A stretch of 64,000 nucleotides of DNA, from NCBI GenBank assembly GCA_030390025.1, contig CM059431.1, forward strand, positions 147,686,001-147,750,000, given 5' to 3'. Both the position numbers and the translations under genes were made by a program. Positions 11,525-24,700 of this stretch are shown here, piece by piece. Positions within the stretch are counted from its first letter, which is position 1; each line of letters begins with the position of its first letter. Below the pieces are notes generated by a model that made no database searches, had not been told where the DNA came from, and worked only from the letters and a program-made list of their open reading frames with translations. This DNA is from Squalus acanthias (lineage: Eukaryota).

Positions 11525-14500
11525 ACCTAAGTGTGGGCCCAGAACAGAGAGAAACAAAGCTGGAAGTGCAAGTTAGAAAAGTAGTCAGCAAAACCAGTAG
11601 GGAGCAGAAACAAAGGCCAACAGTAAAGATGGTCAAAGTGCAGAAAAATATTAAATAGGCAAAGTTGAAGGCACTTTATCTAAATGCACGCACCATTCGC
11701 AACAAGGTGGATGAATTAATGGGACTAGTAGAAGTAAATGGGTGTGATGTAATTGCCATTACAGAGACATGGGGCTGGATTTTCATACTGGGGCGGGTTG
11801 GGGTCGTGTTATCCACCCGGCTGCAATTGGATGTGGGAGATCGATGCAATTTTCACCTAATTGGGCAATTGAGTTCCAGCATGTGGGAACCCATGAACCA
11901 ATTAGTGGTTTCAGTCAGAAAGTCGCCTCTGATGATGTCATCATTGCTGCTGCATTGAAGCTCTTCAGAGACTGCCTGGCCTTTGCTGTGAGTGGACCTG
12001 GATGCAAAATGAGCAGGAGAGAGAGAGAAAGAGAGAGAGAGAGAGAAAATGAGAATGAGAATGAGAATCAGACTCCAGGTCCTCTCACAGCAAAAGCCAA
12101 GCAAATGCTGCAGCATGAGATGCGACTTTCAGACCTAATACTACTACTACCTTCATCACATCTCCGTTGTAATAGTGGACCTGCAGCTGATAGTCAGCTA
12201 TCCACTTGTGCTCCCGCCATCAGGCGTGCTTCACGTCGGAAAAGGGTTAAACTAGCTAAACGTTTCAAAATGTCATTATAGAGCCAATTTAGGGCTTGTT
12301 AAGGGCTTTAATGGCCTCTCCCGCCTCTTGGAGGCGGGACGGAGTCGGGAACCCCGCGACTGATTTTATCAAAATTGCGTGGAGGTGGAATGGAGGCGGG
12401 ATCAGGTCCGCCCGCCACTTTTCGCAATTTTAACCCCCCACACGCCTCCAAAGCCCTATGAAAATCCAGCCCATGGTTGCAGGGTAACCAAAGCTGGGAA
12501 CTGAATGTTCCAGGGTACTCAACATTTAGGAAGAACAGACAAAGAGGAAAAGGACGTGGCGTCGCGCTGTTAATAAGGGATGAGATTGGTACGGTCGAGA
12601 TAAAAGATCTTGGCTCGGCAGATCGTGATGTAGAACTGCAATCAGTTTGGGTGGAGCAAAGAAACAGCAAAGGGCGGAAAACATTGGTGGGAGTTGTGTA
12701 TAGGCCACCAAACAGTAATGATAATGTATGACACAGTATCAATCAAGAGATTAGAAGTGCATGTAACAAAGGCAATACGGTAATCATGGGGGACTTCAAT
12801 CTACATATTGACTGGACAAATAAAATTAGGACTAAGGGTGTGGAGGACGAATTCTTGGAATGCATGCGAGATGGATTCCTGGATCAGTATGTGGAGGAAC
12901 CAACCAGGGAACAGGCTATTCTGGATCTGGTACTGTGTAATGAGAAAGGATTAAGCAATAATCTTGTAGTAAAGGGGCCTTTAGGGACAAGTGACCATAA
13001 TATGATTGAATTTTACATTGAGAGTGATGTAGTCCAATCTGAAACTAAGGTCTTCAATCTAAACAGAGGAAACTACAAGGGTATGAGGGACAAGTTGACC
13101 ATGGTAGATTGGGAGACTACACTAAAAGGTATGAAGGTGGACATACAATGGCTAACATTCAAGGAAATAATGCATAATTTGCAACAAACATATATTCCTC
13201 TAGGGCATAAAAACGCAAAAGCAAAAGTGATCCAACCATGGCTAACAAAATAAATTATAGCGAGTATTATTTAAAGGAGGAAGCTTATAAAGTTGCCAGA
13301 AAAAGCGGTCAGCTTGAGGATTGGGATCTTTTTAGAAATCAGCAAAGGGGAACCAAGAAATTAATAAAGAAAGGGAAAATGGAATACGAACACAAACTAG
13401 CAAAAAATATAAACACGGATTGTAAAAGCTTCTTTAGGTATGTGAAAAGGAAAAGACTGGCGAAGGTAAATGTAGGTCCTTTACAGTCACAGACGGGAGA
13501 ATTTATAATGGGGAATGAGGAAATCGCTGAGAAATTAAATAAATACTTTGTTCCTGTCTTCACGGAGGAAGACACAAAAAACCTCCCAGAAATACGAGAA
13601 AACCAAGGGTGTGACAAGAATGAGGAACTTAAAGAAATTATTAGTAGTAAAAAAACTGTACTAGCAAAATTAATGGGACTAAAAGTCGATAAATCCCAAG
13701 GACCGGATGACCTACATCCTAGGGTTTTGAAAGAGGTGGCCATTGGAATGGTGGACGCATTGGTTGTCATCTTCCAAAATTCAAAAGATACTGGAACGGT
13801 TCCTGCAGATTGGAAGATAGCAAATGTAACCCCGCTATTTAAGAAAGGAGGGATAGAGTAAACGGGGAACTACAGATCTGTTAGCCTCACATCAGTAGTT
13901 GGGAAAATGCTGTAATCTATTATATTGGTTGCAATAACTGGGCACTTAGACACTAATATTAAGACTGGGCAGAGTCAACATGGATTTACGAAAGGGAAAT
14001 CCTGTTTGACAAACCTATTGGAGTTCTTTGAGGATGTAACTAGTGGAGTAGACAAAGGGGAACCGGTAGATGTGGTGTATATGGATTTTCAGAAGGCCTT
14101 CGATAAGGTCCCACACAAGAGGTTGGTGAACAAAATTAGGGCACATGGAATTGGGGGTAATATACCTAGCATGGATTGAGAATTGGTTAACAGACAGAAA
14201 ACAAAGAGTAGGGATAAACGGGTCTTTTTCAGGATGGCAGGCTGTGACTAGTGGGGTACCGCAAGGATCAGTGCTTGGGCCCCAGCTATTCACAATCTAT
14301 ATCAATGATTTGGATGAGGGTACGAAATGTAACATTTCCAAATTTGCTGATGATACAAAGCTAGGTGGCAGTGTCAGTTGCGAAGAGGATGTGAGAGGCT
14401 TCAAGGGGATCTCGACAGGCTCAGTGACTGGGAGGGAACATGGCAGATGGAATATAATGTGGATAAATGTGAAGTTATCCACTTTGGTAGAAAAAACGGA

Positions 14501-15268
14501 AAGGCAGAGTATTTCCTCAATGGTGAAAATTGGGGAATGCAGAAGCTCAAAGGGACCTGGGTGTCCTTGTACAAGAGTCACTGAAAGGGAATGTGCAGGT
14601 GCAGCAAGCCATTAGGAAGGCAAATGGTATGCTGGCCTTCATTACAAGAGGATTTGAGTACAGGAGTAAAGAAGTCTTACTCCAATTATATAGGGCCTTG
14701 GTGAGACCACACCTGGAGTACAGTGTACAATTTTGGTCTCCTTACCTAAGGAAGGATATACTTGCCATAAAGGGAGTGCAACGAAGGTTCACGAGATTGA
14801 TTTCTGGGATGGCGGGACTGTCGTATGAGAAGAGATTGAGTAAACTAGGCCTGTATTCTCTTGAATTCAGAAGAATGAGAGGGGATCTCATTGAAGCATA
14901 CAAAATTATTACAGGGCTTGATAGGATGGATGCTGGGAGAATGTTTCCCTTAGCTGGGGAGTCTAGAACCAGGGGCCACAGCCTCAAGATAAAGGGTAAG
15001 GCCATTCAAGACTGAGATGAGAAGGAATTTCTTCACAAAGAGGGTGGTGAATCTTTGGAATTCTGTACCCCAGAGGACTGTGGAGGCTCAGTCATTGGGT
15101 ATATTCAAAACAGAAGTCGATAGATTTCTGACTAGTAAGGGCATCAAGGGATATAGTGTTAGTGACGGTGAATGGAGTTGAGGCAGAAGATCAGCCATGA
15201 TCTCATTGAATGGCGGAGCAGGCTTGAAGGGCCGAATGGCCTACTCCTGCTCCTATTTCTTATGTTCT
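11525..15268 (+). mobile_element. CR1 LINE (second family), nearly complete ORF2 with APE and RT, disrupted; inserted in an NLR intron
   Basis: Translates to [41 protein letters not shown] and FADDTK. It splits the intron motif GGAATCAGA|TAAATCCCCAG that is intact in neighbouring introns. Confidence 0.93.
11772..12472. mobile_element. Non-autonomous PIF/Harbinger element (MITE-like, 701 bp) inserted in the CR1
   Basis: Perfect 16-bp TIR GGGCTGGATTTTCATA / TATGAAAATCCAGCCC. The 3-bp TSD is ATG (11769-11771, 12473-12475). Removing it restores the CR1 reading ITETW-LQG. Confidence 0.88.
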
Positions 15269-15374
15269 TAAATCCCCAGTGTTTATTAATAACACTGTTA
15301 CTGATACTAATAATAATGTTCAGTGTTAGACATCCTGTTATTATAAACACAATCTCACACAGTCTGGTACTTAC

Positions 15375-15461
15375 CACAGTTTCTGTATTTCACAGTCCGG
15401 GTTCCTCAGAGCCGCAGACACTAGTTTCACTCCTGAATCTCCCAGGTTATTCTGATTCAGT
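15375..15461 (-). pseudogene. NLR 87-bp LRR exon following the NACHT exon (LNQNNLGDSGVKLVSAALRNPDCEIQKLW)
   Basis: Acceptor tgtttag and donor gtaagt, phase 2/2. Confidence 0.88.
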
Positions 15462-15597
15462 CTAAACACAAACAGAAAGAGAAACAAACTGAATCAAAAC
15501 CCGGATCTGATTATATTTTGCTCTCTCGGATATTACAGCAATCACTGAAAGTACTTCGGGAAATTAATAACCTGGTTTCCCCCCGCGATTTCCCTCA

Positions 15598-16940
15598 CTG
15601 GGCGGGTCGGGTGCGGCCGGGGTTGGTGGCGGGTCGGGTGCGGCCGGGGGCGGGTCGGGAGCGGCCGGGGTCGGTGGCGAGTCGGGTGCGGCCGGGGGCG
15701 TGTCGGGTGCTGCCGGGGTCGGTGGCGGGTCGTGAGCGGCCGGGGTCGGTGGCGGTGGGGTCGGTGCTGGGTCGGGTGCGGCCGGGCTCGGTGGCGGGTC
15801 GGGAGGGGCCGGTGGCGGGTCGGGTGCGGCTGGGGTCGGTGCTGGCTCGGGTGCGGCCGGGGTCGGTGGCGGGTCGGGTGCGGCCGAGGTCGGGGGCGGA
15901 TCGGATGCGGTCAGTGCCGGGTCGAGTGCTGCCCGGGTCGGAGGCGGATCGGATGCGGTCAGTGCCGGGTCGGGTGCGGCCGGGGTCGGATCGGATGCGG
16001 TCAGTGCCGGGTCGGGTGCGGCCGGGGTCGGTGCCGGGTCGGGTGCGGCCGGGGTCGGTGGCGGGTCGGGTGCGGCCGGGGTCGGTGGCGGATCGGGAGC
16101 GGCCGGGGTCGGTGGCGGGTCGGGAGCTGCGGCGAGTCGGGAGCGGCCGGGGTCGGTGGCGGGTTGGGTGCAGCCAGGGTCGGTTGAGGGTCGGGTGCAG
16201 CCGGGGTCGGTGGTGGTGGGGTCGGTGCCGGTTCGGGTGCGGCCGGGCTCGGGTCGCTGGCGGGTCGGGTGCGGCCCGGGGTCGGTGGCGGGTCGGGAGG
16301 GGAAGGGGTCGGTGGCGGGTCGGGGTCGGGTCGGGTGCGGCCGGGGTCGGTGGCAGGGTCGGTTGCGGCCGGGGTCGGTGGCGGGTCGAGTACGGCCGGG
16401 GTCGGTGGCGGGTCGGGTGCGGCCGGGGTCGATGGCGGGTCGGGTGCGACCAGGGGTCGGTGGCGGTCGGGGTCGGTGGCGGGTCGGGAGCGGCCGGGGT
16501 CGGTGGAGGGTCGGGAGCGGCCGGGGTCGGTGGCGGGTCGGGTGCGGCCGGGGTAGGTTGAGGGTCGGGTGCGGCCGGGGTCGGGTGCAGCCGGGATCGG
16601 TGGCGATGGGGTCGGTGCTGGGTCGGGTGCGGCCGGGGTCGGGTCGCTGGCGGGTCGGGTGCGGCCCGGGGTCGGTGTCAGGTCGGGAGCGGCCGGGGTC
16701 GGTGGCGGGTCGGGTGCAGCCGGGGTCGGTGGCGGTGGGGTCGGTGCCGGGTCGGGTGCAGCCGGTGTCGGTGGCGATGGGGTCGGTGCCGGTTCGGGTG
16801 CGGCCGGGGCCGGGTCGCTGGCCGGGTCGGGTGCGGCCCGGGGTCGGTGGCAGGTCGGGAGCGGCCAAGGTCGGTGGCGTGTTGGGTGCGGCTGGAGTCG
16901 GTGGCGGGTCGGGCCCGGCCGGGGTCGGTGGCGGGTCGCG
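15598..16940. repeat. Extremely G/CpG-rich minisatellite (~27-bp GGGTCGGGTGCGGCCGGGGTCGGTGGC)
   Basis: Dozens of direct imperfect copies; strongly G-skewed on the + strand. Confidence 0.95.
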
Positions 16941-18593
16941 GCCTCGCTCTGGAGAATTGGAGGAAGCGGGTTTGATGACGTCATTTCATGACGCGCACAT
17001 TGAGTTTGTCCATTGTGATGTCAGTGTTCTACAGTATTGAGGTGTTGCAAACACTGACAACCTCTGCACAGAGGAGCACGGCTGAACCCAGGCTCGCCCA
17101 TAGCTCCCTCCATATGCTAATGGAGGGAGCCACAGCGCGCAGGGAGGTTCTCTTCCCTTCCAATGGGCGGAAGAGACTAACACAGCCGGTTACACATTGC
17201 ACAGTGGGGCTCAAGCAGGAATGTCGTCAGAGGGATCAGGCTGCAGTGGTGCAAACATTTCAATGATCTCAGTAGATCACGAAACATTACTGCAAAGCCA
17301 CCCTCAACCTCATCATGCTGTGCCACTCATCACATCCCCATCACTCTGCCCTCCCTACCCTACTCCTGCACATTCAAACTCACACTAACTTACCTTGCAC
17401 CTCCATCCATCCCGCTATCTATATTATCACATCCCCATCTCACTAGCCACCCCTCACACTCACTCTCATCCTAGTCCAGTCATACCAACTAACAACATAC
17501 AAGGGAAGGCAATTGTGTGTTTTAGCCAATGTTCACATGAAGGGCGAGATTTTGTCAGTGTGGGAGGGCTGAGGCGTGTCAGGTGGAAATCGTGTCAGGA
17601 CCCTGACTCCTAAGTGATGTGTTCATAAAGTGGGATTTTCCCCTAATTGGGCAATTGATTTCCTGCGTGTGGGAACCAATGGCCCAATGAGTCTTTTCAA
17701 ACAGATAGTCGCCTCCGATGACGTCATCAATGCTGTTGGATTTAAGGCCTGCAAGCAGCCTTGAGTCTTCTGGAGAATCGAAACGCTTTAGACATTGTCT
17801 GAAGGATTTAATTTGCCGACCATGTCCACCAGCAAGCAAAAGTGTGCACCTCGCTTTGATGAGCCCTCTCTCCAAGCTCTGGTGCAGGGAGCAAGATCTA
17901 ACAAGGAGGTGCTCTTCCCTTCCTCAGGGAAAAAAAAGCCACCACAACAGACTAAAGCTGTGTGACTGCAAGTGGCCCAGGAGGTCAATGCCATCTCTAT
18001 GTGCCGCTGACCTGGCTGCAGTGCAGGAAGAGGTTTCATGACCTTCTCCGCACAGGAAAAGTGAGTATGACTTTCCCGTCAGCCTCAATCTCATCCCCAT
18101 CGCCTCTCCTCACCAACACTCAGCTTTGCCAACCTCTTCCTCCATATCCCACTTGACACTGACATCCCAGCACCCTTACCCATTCCCTCTCTCTCTATGG
18201 TCACATTCACTTAACTATTCAACCATGCAGCCCTCATACTCCCTATCACTGTGACGCAATGATAACAACTTACAACACACAGGGAGGGCCCTTTGTCTTC
18301 TTCTAAGCATCTATGCTATGGATTCTCTACACTCACTCCTTGATTCTCACTCAAACTCCACTTGTGTCACTCATTGCAGGGAAAGAGAGGCCACAATAAG
18401 AGGGAAAGAGCGAGGACAGGAGGAGGACCACCCTCAGTAGCCCAGCTCACCACCTCAGAGGAGGCGGCCCTGGATATTGCCGGGATCAAGGAGGATTCCC
18501 AAGTCGGGGACGGACAGGTGGGCGCATCACAGCAAGCTGGTGACAGAATAGTTTGGCGTCTCTCTCATTGACATTGCATGAGTGACTGATAAT

Positions 18594-21500
18594 GGGCCAG
18601 AAATTGATCTGGCTCTGTTCCCGCGGGTGTAAGGAGCAGGCGCGGTAATACATACCGCGTCTGCCGTTTCGTCTTTTCCACGGAGAAAATTCATCTTCTG
18701 GCTGATTGAGTGCAGGGCACCGTATGACGTCACACTGCCCTGCAGCGCAGCGTGCGCGTTGCATCGCGTACGATGTGGAGTGAAGACACGCCCATTAAGG
18801 TCTCTTTTCCATATGCCACGCCCCCGATTTTTTTCTCCACTGAAACCATTGTACAGCTGCTGAAGACACAGTTTTCTCACTGTTTTAGGTGGAATTTGCA
18901 GTAAGTAGGATTTAAATGCATGGTTTTGTAAACTTTTAAAGATTTTTAGTATAATTTGAGTAATGTTAAACATTTGCAAAGAGATTTAAAGTAATTTAAA
19001 TAGTTTTAAAAGCACAGAAATCATTTTTTTCAGAGATTTAACTGTTTATAATCAGCAAACGAAAATGGCTGCTATCAGCACTATCCAATTTATCAAAAGA
19101 ACACAGAATTTCAGTGATGATGATCTCCGTACACTTCTTGACGAGGTAGAATCGAAACGTTCACGGATAATTGGAACTCAGAAGTCCAAGCCGCCGCGAA
19201 AAGGCCAAATGGCAGCGTGGAAAGAGGTTGCTCAAAGTGTGAGCGCAACCTCGACCATTCCACGTACAGCTGAGCAATGTCGCAAAAAATTCAGCGATTT
19301 ATATCGAACGCTGAAGGTTTGTATAGTTATAACAAAAGTCAATGTTAAAATGTCTTAACATTTAAAATGAAAAGCCTTGAAAAAGTGTTTGTTTGCTAAG
19401 CTGAGTTAACTGAAGTCACAAGATGCTCCCATAAATTTTTATGGCTTTTGTAGCCAGGCAAGTCTCATAAAATGCTAATGTCATCTTGGTTGAAATGCTT
19501 TGAGTTGCTTACTGAGTCCTCTTGAAGGACTGTTGCAGAAACCCAATGTGGAAGTGCAGCTTAGTAAAATAAATGAGTCTCTTGAAGGACTCATGCGAAT
19601 AATTTCTGCTGCAATTACTGTGACTCCATCAGAACCAACCTTACCTGCTCCCAGCGCAGAATCAGTGCAGGTCCAAGAGCCACCAACGATGATGCAATCA
19701 AGAAAGCGCAAGAGACGTTAGGGTGTTGCATATTCCACAATGCACATCCATTGACTTTCAGGAATAGTTTATTTGTGGTTAAATTTTTCAAGTGTTTAAT
19801 TTTTAGTTTTATTTAAAACTTACATGTTTACATTTTTCTTTATATATATATTTGACACTGAAACTGAAAGTTAGCTTTTCATTGAAAAAGTACAGCCTTT
19901 AGTCACATTATAAAAATTCAAATTGTTTATTTTCACAAAAAAAATTGAACATTTAAACTTGTTTACATTTAGGAAAGAGTTATTTCCCATCTTGAATGTC
20001 TTTACTGCATTAACGAAGCAAAAAAGTTACTGAGAACTGTTAACAAATTTTTTAAAAAACTATTTCTGTTTACGATTGTTTACAAAGTTGAAAAGTAGCT
20101 AGTTAACATTGAAAAGTTATAAACTATGTAAAGCAACAATGAACCTCAGAAGTCTGTAATGCTGCAATAAAAGTGCACTGTTTCACTTTAAATTGTGTTT
20201 GTACCTTTATTTGCCTTGCTGGTGGAGAGGGAGGGGGAGGGGGGAGAGGGGGAGGGGCAGAGGGAGAGGGAGGGGGAGGGGGAGAGGGAGGGGGAGGGGG
20301 AGAGGGAGAGGGAGGTGGAGAGGGAGAGGGAGAGGGAGGGGGAGAGGGAGAGGGAGAGGGAGGGGGAGGGGGAGGGGGAGATGGAGGGGGAGGGGCAGAG
20401 GGAGGGGGAGGGGGAGGGGGAGAGGGAGGGGGAGGGGGAGAGGGAGGGGAGGGGGAGAGGGAGGGGGAGAGGGAGGGGGAGAGGGAGGGGGAGAGGGAGG
20501 GGGAGGGGGAGCGGGAGGTACAAGGCGACACTACCTCGTGAAGGTCTTGGCTACCAGCTGCTCCCGAGCAGCCTTACTTTGAGCAGCAGTTGGCTCTTCC
20601 CCATCATGCCTTCCCACAGGCACATTGGCATTGTCCACGTCCTCCATTTCTGCAGGTAATTCATCTGCAGCGTTAAGGGTCAGTCCTTCCTGCAGGGCAA
20701 AGTTATGCAAAGCACAACAGGCCACCACAATCTTTGCCACTTTCTGAGGAGAATACTGCAAGGTCCCCCCTGACCTGTCCAGGCACCGGAAGCGTGATTT
20801 CAGAACACCAATTGTCCTCTCCACCACTTGCCGTGTGGACACGTGTGCCTGGTTGTATCTCTCCTGAGCCTCATTATTGGTCTTGCGGTAGGGAGTCATC
20901 AGCCATGGTCTTAGCGGGTAGCCCTTGTCGCCCAATATCCATGCGGATCCTGGAGGCAATGCGTTGAGGACGCCATATAAGTCAGAGTTACGGAGGACGA
21001 TTGCAAAAGGGCATCTTTCTCTCACACAGGCTTCCTCCTCAAACTGAAAGTTGTAATGAAAAAATGGAAATAGTTGTTAAAGTAACTTTAGTTAAGTGAG
21101 TGGCTATAAAATCAGGTCAGGCTATGGTGGGATACGTGCGCTATCAGCTTGGGAACACATCTACCCGCCACACGGCCCTAGCTGATTTTCCAAAACTGTA
21201 ACATTTTCATAAATTCATACATACATACATACATACTTACTTACTTACTCATTTTCATCTTTAAAACTTTTTGAAACGTAAACAGTTCATTTTTAAACTT
21301 TCATTTTCATAGATAGATACCTAAATATGCCTTGTACACACCCACAGTTGCTATACTACTCCAAATGGTCAAAACCCGTTTTTAAAAATTTATTTTTAAA
21401 ACTCTTAACTTATATAAGACTTCATTTAAAACTTTTGTGTCTTTCAGATTTAAAAAACTCACCTCAGTAGCCACACTCCAAAAGGATTTCTTCCTCCTAC

Positions 21501-21779
21501 TCTCTCGGTAAATGTATAAATGGCTGCTGCTCCTGGTTTTAAAATGTGTAACTGCTAGGAGCTTACACACACTACTCTCATTCACAAAAAACATGAATTT
21601 TCCGACGCACGCGCAGAATCACCAGCCCACGCGATTACTCGCATATCCATGAAACTGACCAGACATGAAGTGCCGGTTTTCAGCGCATGCGCAGTGCATG
21701 CAGAAAACCGGCAATTGCAGAGGGAATACGCGAGTGTACGCAGTGCGTACTCTCGCGCACCAGGATGAATTTTTGGGCC
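18594..21779 (+). mobile_element. Internally deleted PIF/Harbinger copy (inner layer), same family as 57180-61738
   Basis: TIRs GGGCCAGAAATT / AATTTTTGGGCC with TSD AAT (18591-18593, 21780-21782). Myb exon 1 at 19065-19316 is intact. Only the C-terminal part of the transposase remains (20531-21000, minus strand). Confidence 0.93.
20224..20517. repeat. (GGGAGA/GGGGGA)n polypurine microsatellite
   Basis: ~290 bp that is almost purely G/A; the homologous tract at ~59783-59813 is only ~30 bp. Confidence 0.95.
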
Positions 21780-24700
21780 AATGATTCTGATGCTCTAACA
21801 GATTGACTTATGATAATCTGCACAATTCTATTTGCATGCAACCTTGACCTCACATTTCTAACTCTTTCCTTCACTCCCCCACAGGACCATCGAGAGCCCC
21901 CGTCCCCACTGTCCAGGGGGAAGAGCCTGAGCTTCCAGACTCCTCAGAGGAAGCTGCAACCTCTGAGGGCGCTCCTTCAGCAGAAATAAGCGCACCCTGC
22001 ACCACCGCAGACACTCACACCTCGGTGGGACCTTCGGGACATAGAGTAGAGTTGTCACCTGGTGTATCACAGCTCACAAGTGAGCATCAGCAGATGATCG
22101 AGACAGGGACAGCAGTGGAGTCCTCATCGCAGTGGAGAGGACGCTCCCAGCTCGGCTCCGCTGCATGTCGACCCTGTGCCTCCAGGTCCATCCAGAAGAG
22201 AGCGGTGCTGGAACTCCAGGAACAGGTGCCGGAGTCTCTGGCAGGTTTTGTCTCCAGGTTCGCTGCGAGTGTGGAGCGGATGGAGGAGCCCATCGCAAAC
22301 ATGAGCAGAGCCTTTGTGGGGGCGTTGGTGCATGAACGCATCACCCCGGAAAGGATAGCAACCTCCTTGGAAAGGATGGTTACCTCCATGATAAGGCCTG
22401 GCTACGGTAGAGGAGAGGATGGCTACGTCCATGGAGGAGTTTGGTCGCCAGGGTATGGAAAACATGGAAATTGTTCAGAATAGACTGACATCTCTTGAGG
22501 AGCGATGGTCAGCTATTGAGCAAACTAACCAGACCTTCATGCAAGACCTCTAGAGTAGGACTTCCAGTGTAGAAACGGGTCCTCATGGCCCCCCTGCAGT
22601 GCAGCAAGGTGCTGTCCAGCCACTTGCTAGGTCTGAATTGGGGCTGACCCATGAGAGGGATGTTGGTGGCATACAACAAGGAAGTGGGGGCTCCTCTCCA
22701 AGCACTCACACGAGCATGCCACTGCAGAGCCCTCGGTCAGAGCCCCACCAGAGTCCCCACCCAACTGAGATCGGCGTCTCAACCCCTGCACAGCCGCAGG
22801 AGCAGCAGACTGTTGGCGAGCCCTCACAGGTTTGCAACCCCAGAGGACGCCCGCCAAAGGTGTCGAGACAGGATCAGCAAGAAAGTGAGCAAGGGGACTC
22901 CACATCTGCTGAAGCCACAGGGAAGCACAACGTAGGAGCACGCGTAAGAGGAAGATAATGCCCAAGTAGTCACAAGGGTAGTCACTTGGGTGAAATGTTG
23001 TGTTTAATTTTGAAAAGCCATCAGTTGCTTATTGTCATAAAAAGTTCTGATGGCAAACTGTTGCAGTTGTGGCGTTTGTCATTTCGCAAATGGGACTTCC
23101 ACATTGAGGGCTTAGGGCAACTTGCAATTGTCAGTATGGTGGTCAGAGTGATAGGAATTTGCAGGTTCTTGGCCATTGTCTATGGTCTGATAAGAAGGTG
23201 CGAGGCAAAAGTGTTTGATTTTGCAGGCTAAGCAAATCTGGCCAAGAGGAGTGCGTCCCTTGCATCCCAGGCAGCAATGTGGTCGCGCACTGGCGCCTTC
23301 TGGCCTGTGCAGCTTCAGCTGGGTGAGCAGCAGCCTGGCGCTCCTGTTGTTGCTGCTGCTGTTGTTCAGGGTTCTGCTGCTGCCACGGCTGTTCTTTGTC
23401 CGAATCTGATATCCAGGAGGAAAGGAAATAAATGGTTCCCATGCTTCTGGTATATGCCTCAGTTGAGGAAGCGCTCAGTCAATGTGGTGAGAGGGGTTTC
23501 CCAGGAGGTCACACTGGAGATGGGTCTCAGGCTCCAAACTTCCACAACAATGAGTATGCCTGCTAAAAGTACCCCCAGACCTGAGACAACAAAGTTCTGC
23601 CACCTGCAAATGATGATTGCTGAAAACTCCTTTTTAATGGTGGAGCTGCAGCTGTTAGTAAGCAGTCCACTTGAGTCCGCCAGGATTCACTGGCGTGTTC
23701 CAGAGGAGACGAGCAGGACATGGGACAAGTGGTAAAATCAGAAAGGCCTCTCAAAATGGGCTTCTAGAGGCACTTAAATGTTTGTTAAGGGCCTTAAGTG
23801 CCTATCCCGCCTCTTGGAGGCGGGATGGAAACGGGTCAGAAAACACGCATTTGGGAAAATTGCTCGATGGCGGGCTCGAGCCCGCCCGCCATTTTTTGCG
23901 ATTTTACCACCTCACACCCCTCCAATCCTGCCTCCTCGGGCCTGGCAAAATCGAGCCTGAAGTTTCTGTTGATGTGGTGTCAAACATTGAACTCTTTATT
24001 TTCAACACTTTCCGTTCTTCGACAGATTTGTGTGCACCTTTGGAAGTGGCTTAGTGAGTTGCAGTGAATGGTGAGATAGAACGGTACCCCCCGAAATGCT
24101 GGTGAGCGTGACAGGAATGGTTTGGGCATTGAAGGGATGCTTTATGTTGTTGGTGTGGGCTGGTGCCAACCTGGCGCATCATGTGGCATGCAGGACATGC
24201 AGCGTCCAGTGAAGAAAATCTGGCCATGGTGAGGCCATCTCTGGGGTCCCGGTCAGCAATTTGGCCGGGTGTTGATGCCCTCTGTGCTATGCAGCATCAG
24301 GAGTTGTGGAGCAGGTTGGTGCTGTTGTTGGTGCTGCTGGTGTGCCTGGTGCTGCTGGTGTTGGGGCTGATCGTGGTGGGACTCTGAGGCCCAAGGTGAG
24401 ACAGTATAAACCATACCCATGCTGATGTAATAGATGGCAGGTGAACTTGAGATGACAGAAGCAATCTGTCAATGGTGAGAGAGGTTGTTCTAATGAGGTG
24501 ACACTGGATAGAGAGTTTGCACCAAACACTTGCAACCTGCATAAAGCTCAATATGTCTTCAAAATGCAGTAAGCAACAGCTTCTGAGCTTGGAGACTGAA
24601 CAGCTTTGAGATGGGAGCTTTTATAGCACATTTCCAGCTGTTAAGTAATTAAATAATTACATGGCCATTCAACTCCCGCCCTGCTTACCTGACGTGATCC

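Larger units (their letters stand above)
17542..23958 (+). mobile_element. Decayed PIF/Harbinger element (middle layer) with a spliced Myb-like gene relic (exons ~17822-18060, ~18380-18539, ~21884-22958)
   Basis: TIR-like ends GGGCGAGATTTTGTCA / TGGCAAAATCGAGCCT (12/16 match) with putative TSD GAA. Translates to WLQCRKRFHDLLRTGK|gt and KRGHNKRERARTGGGPP. Its ends are homologous to the 11772-12472 MITE. Confidence 0.7.

Noticed and set aside
15518..17040. Long Pro/Gly/Arg-rich ORFs (347, 434, 327, 294 aa)
   Set aside because: Open in several frames on both strands only because the GC minisatellite lacks stop codons; no domain or splice support.
20124..20659. Poly-PS, poly-GE and poly-RG ORFs
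   Set aside because: Translations of the (GGGAGA)n microsatellite.
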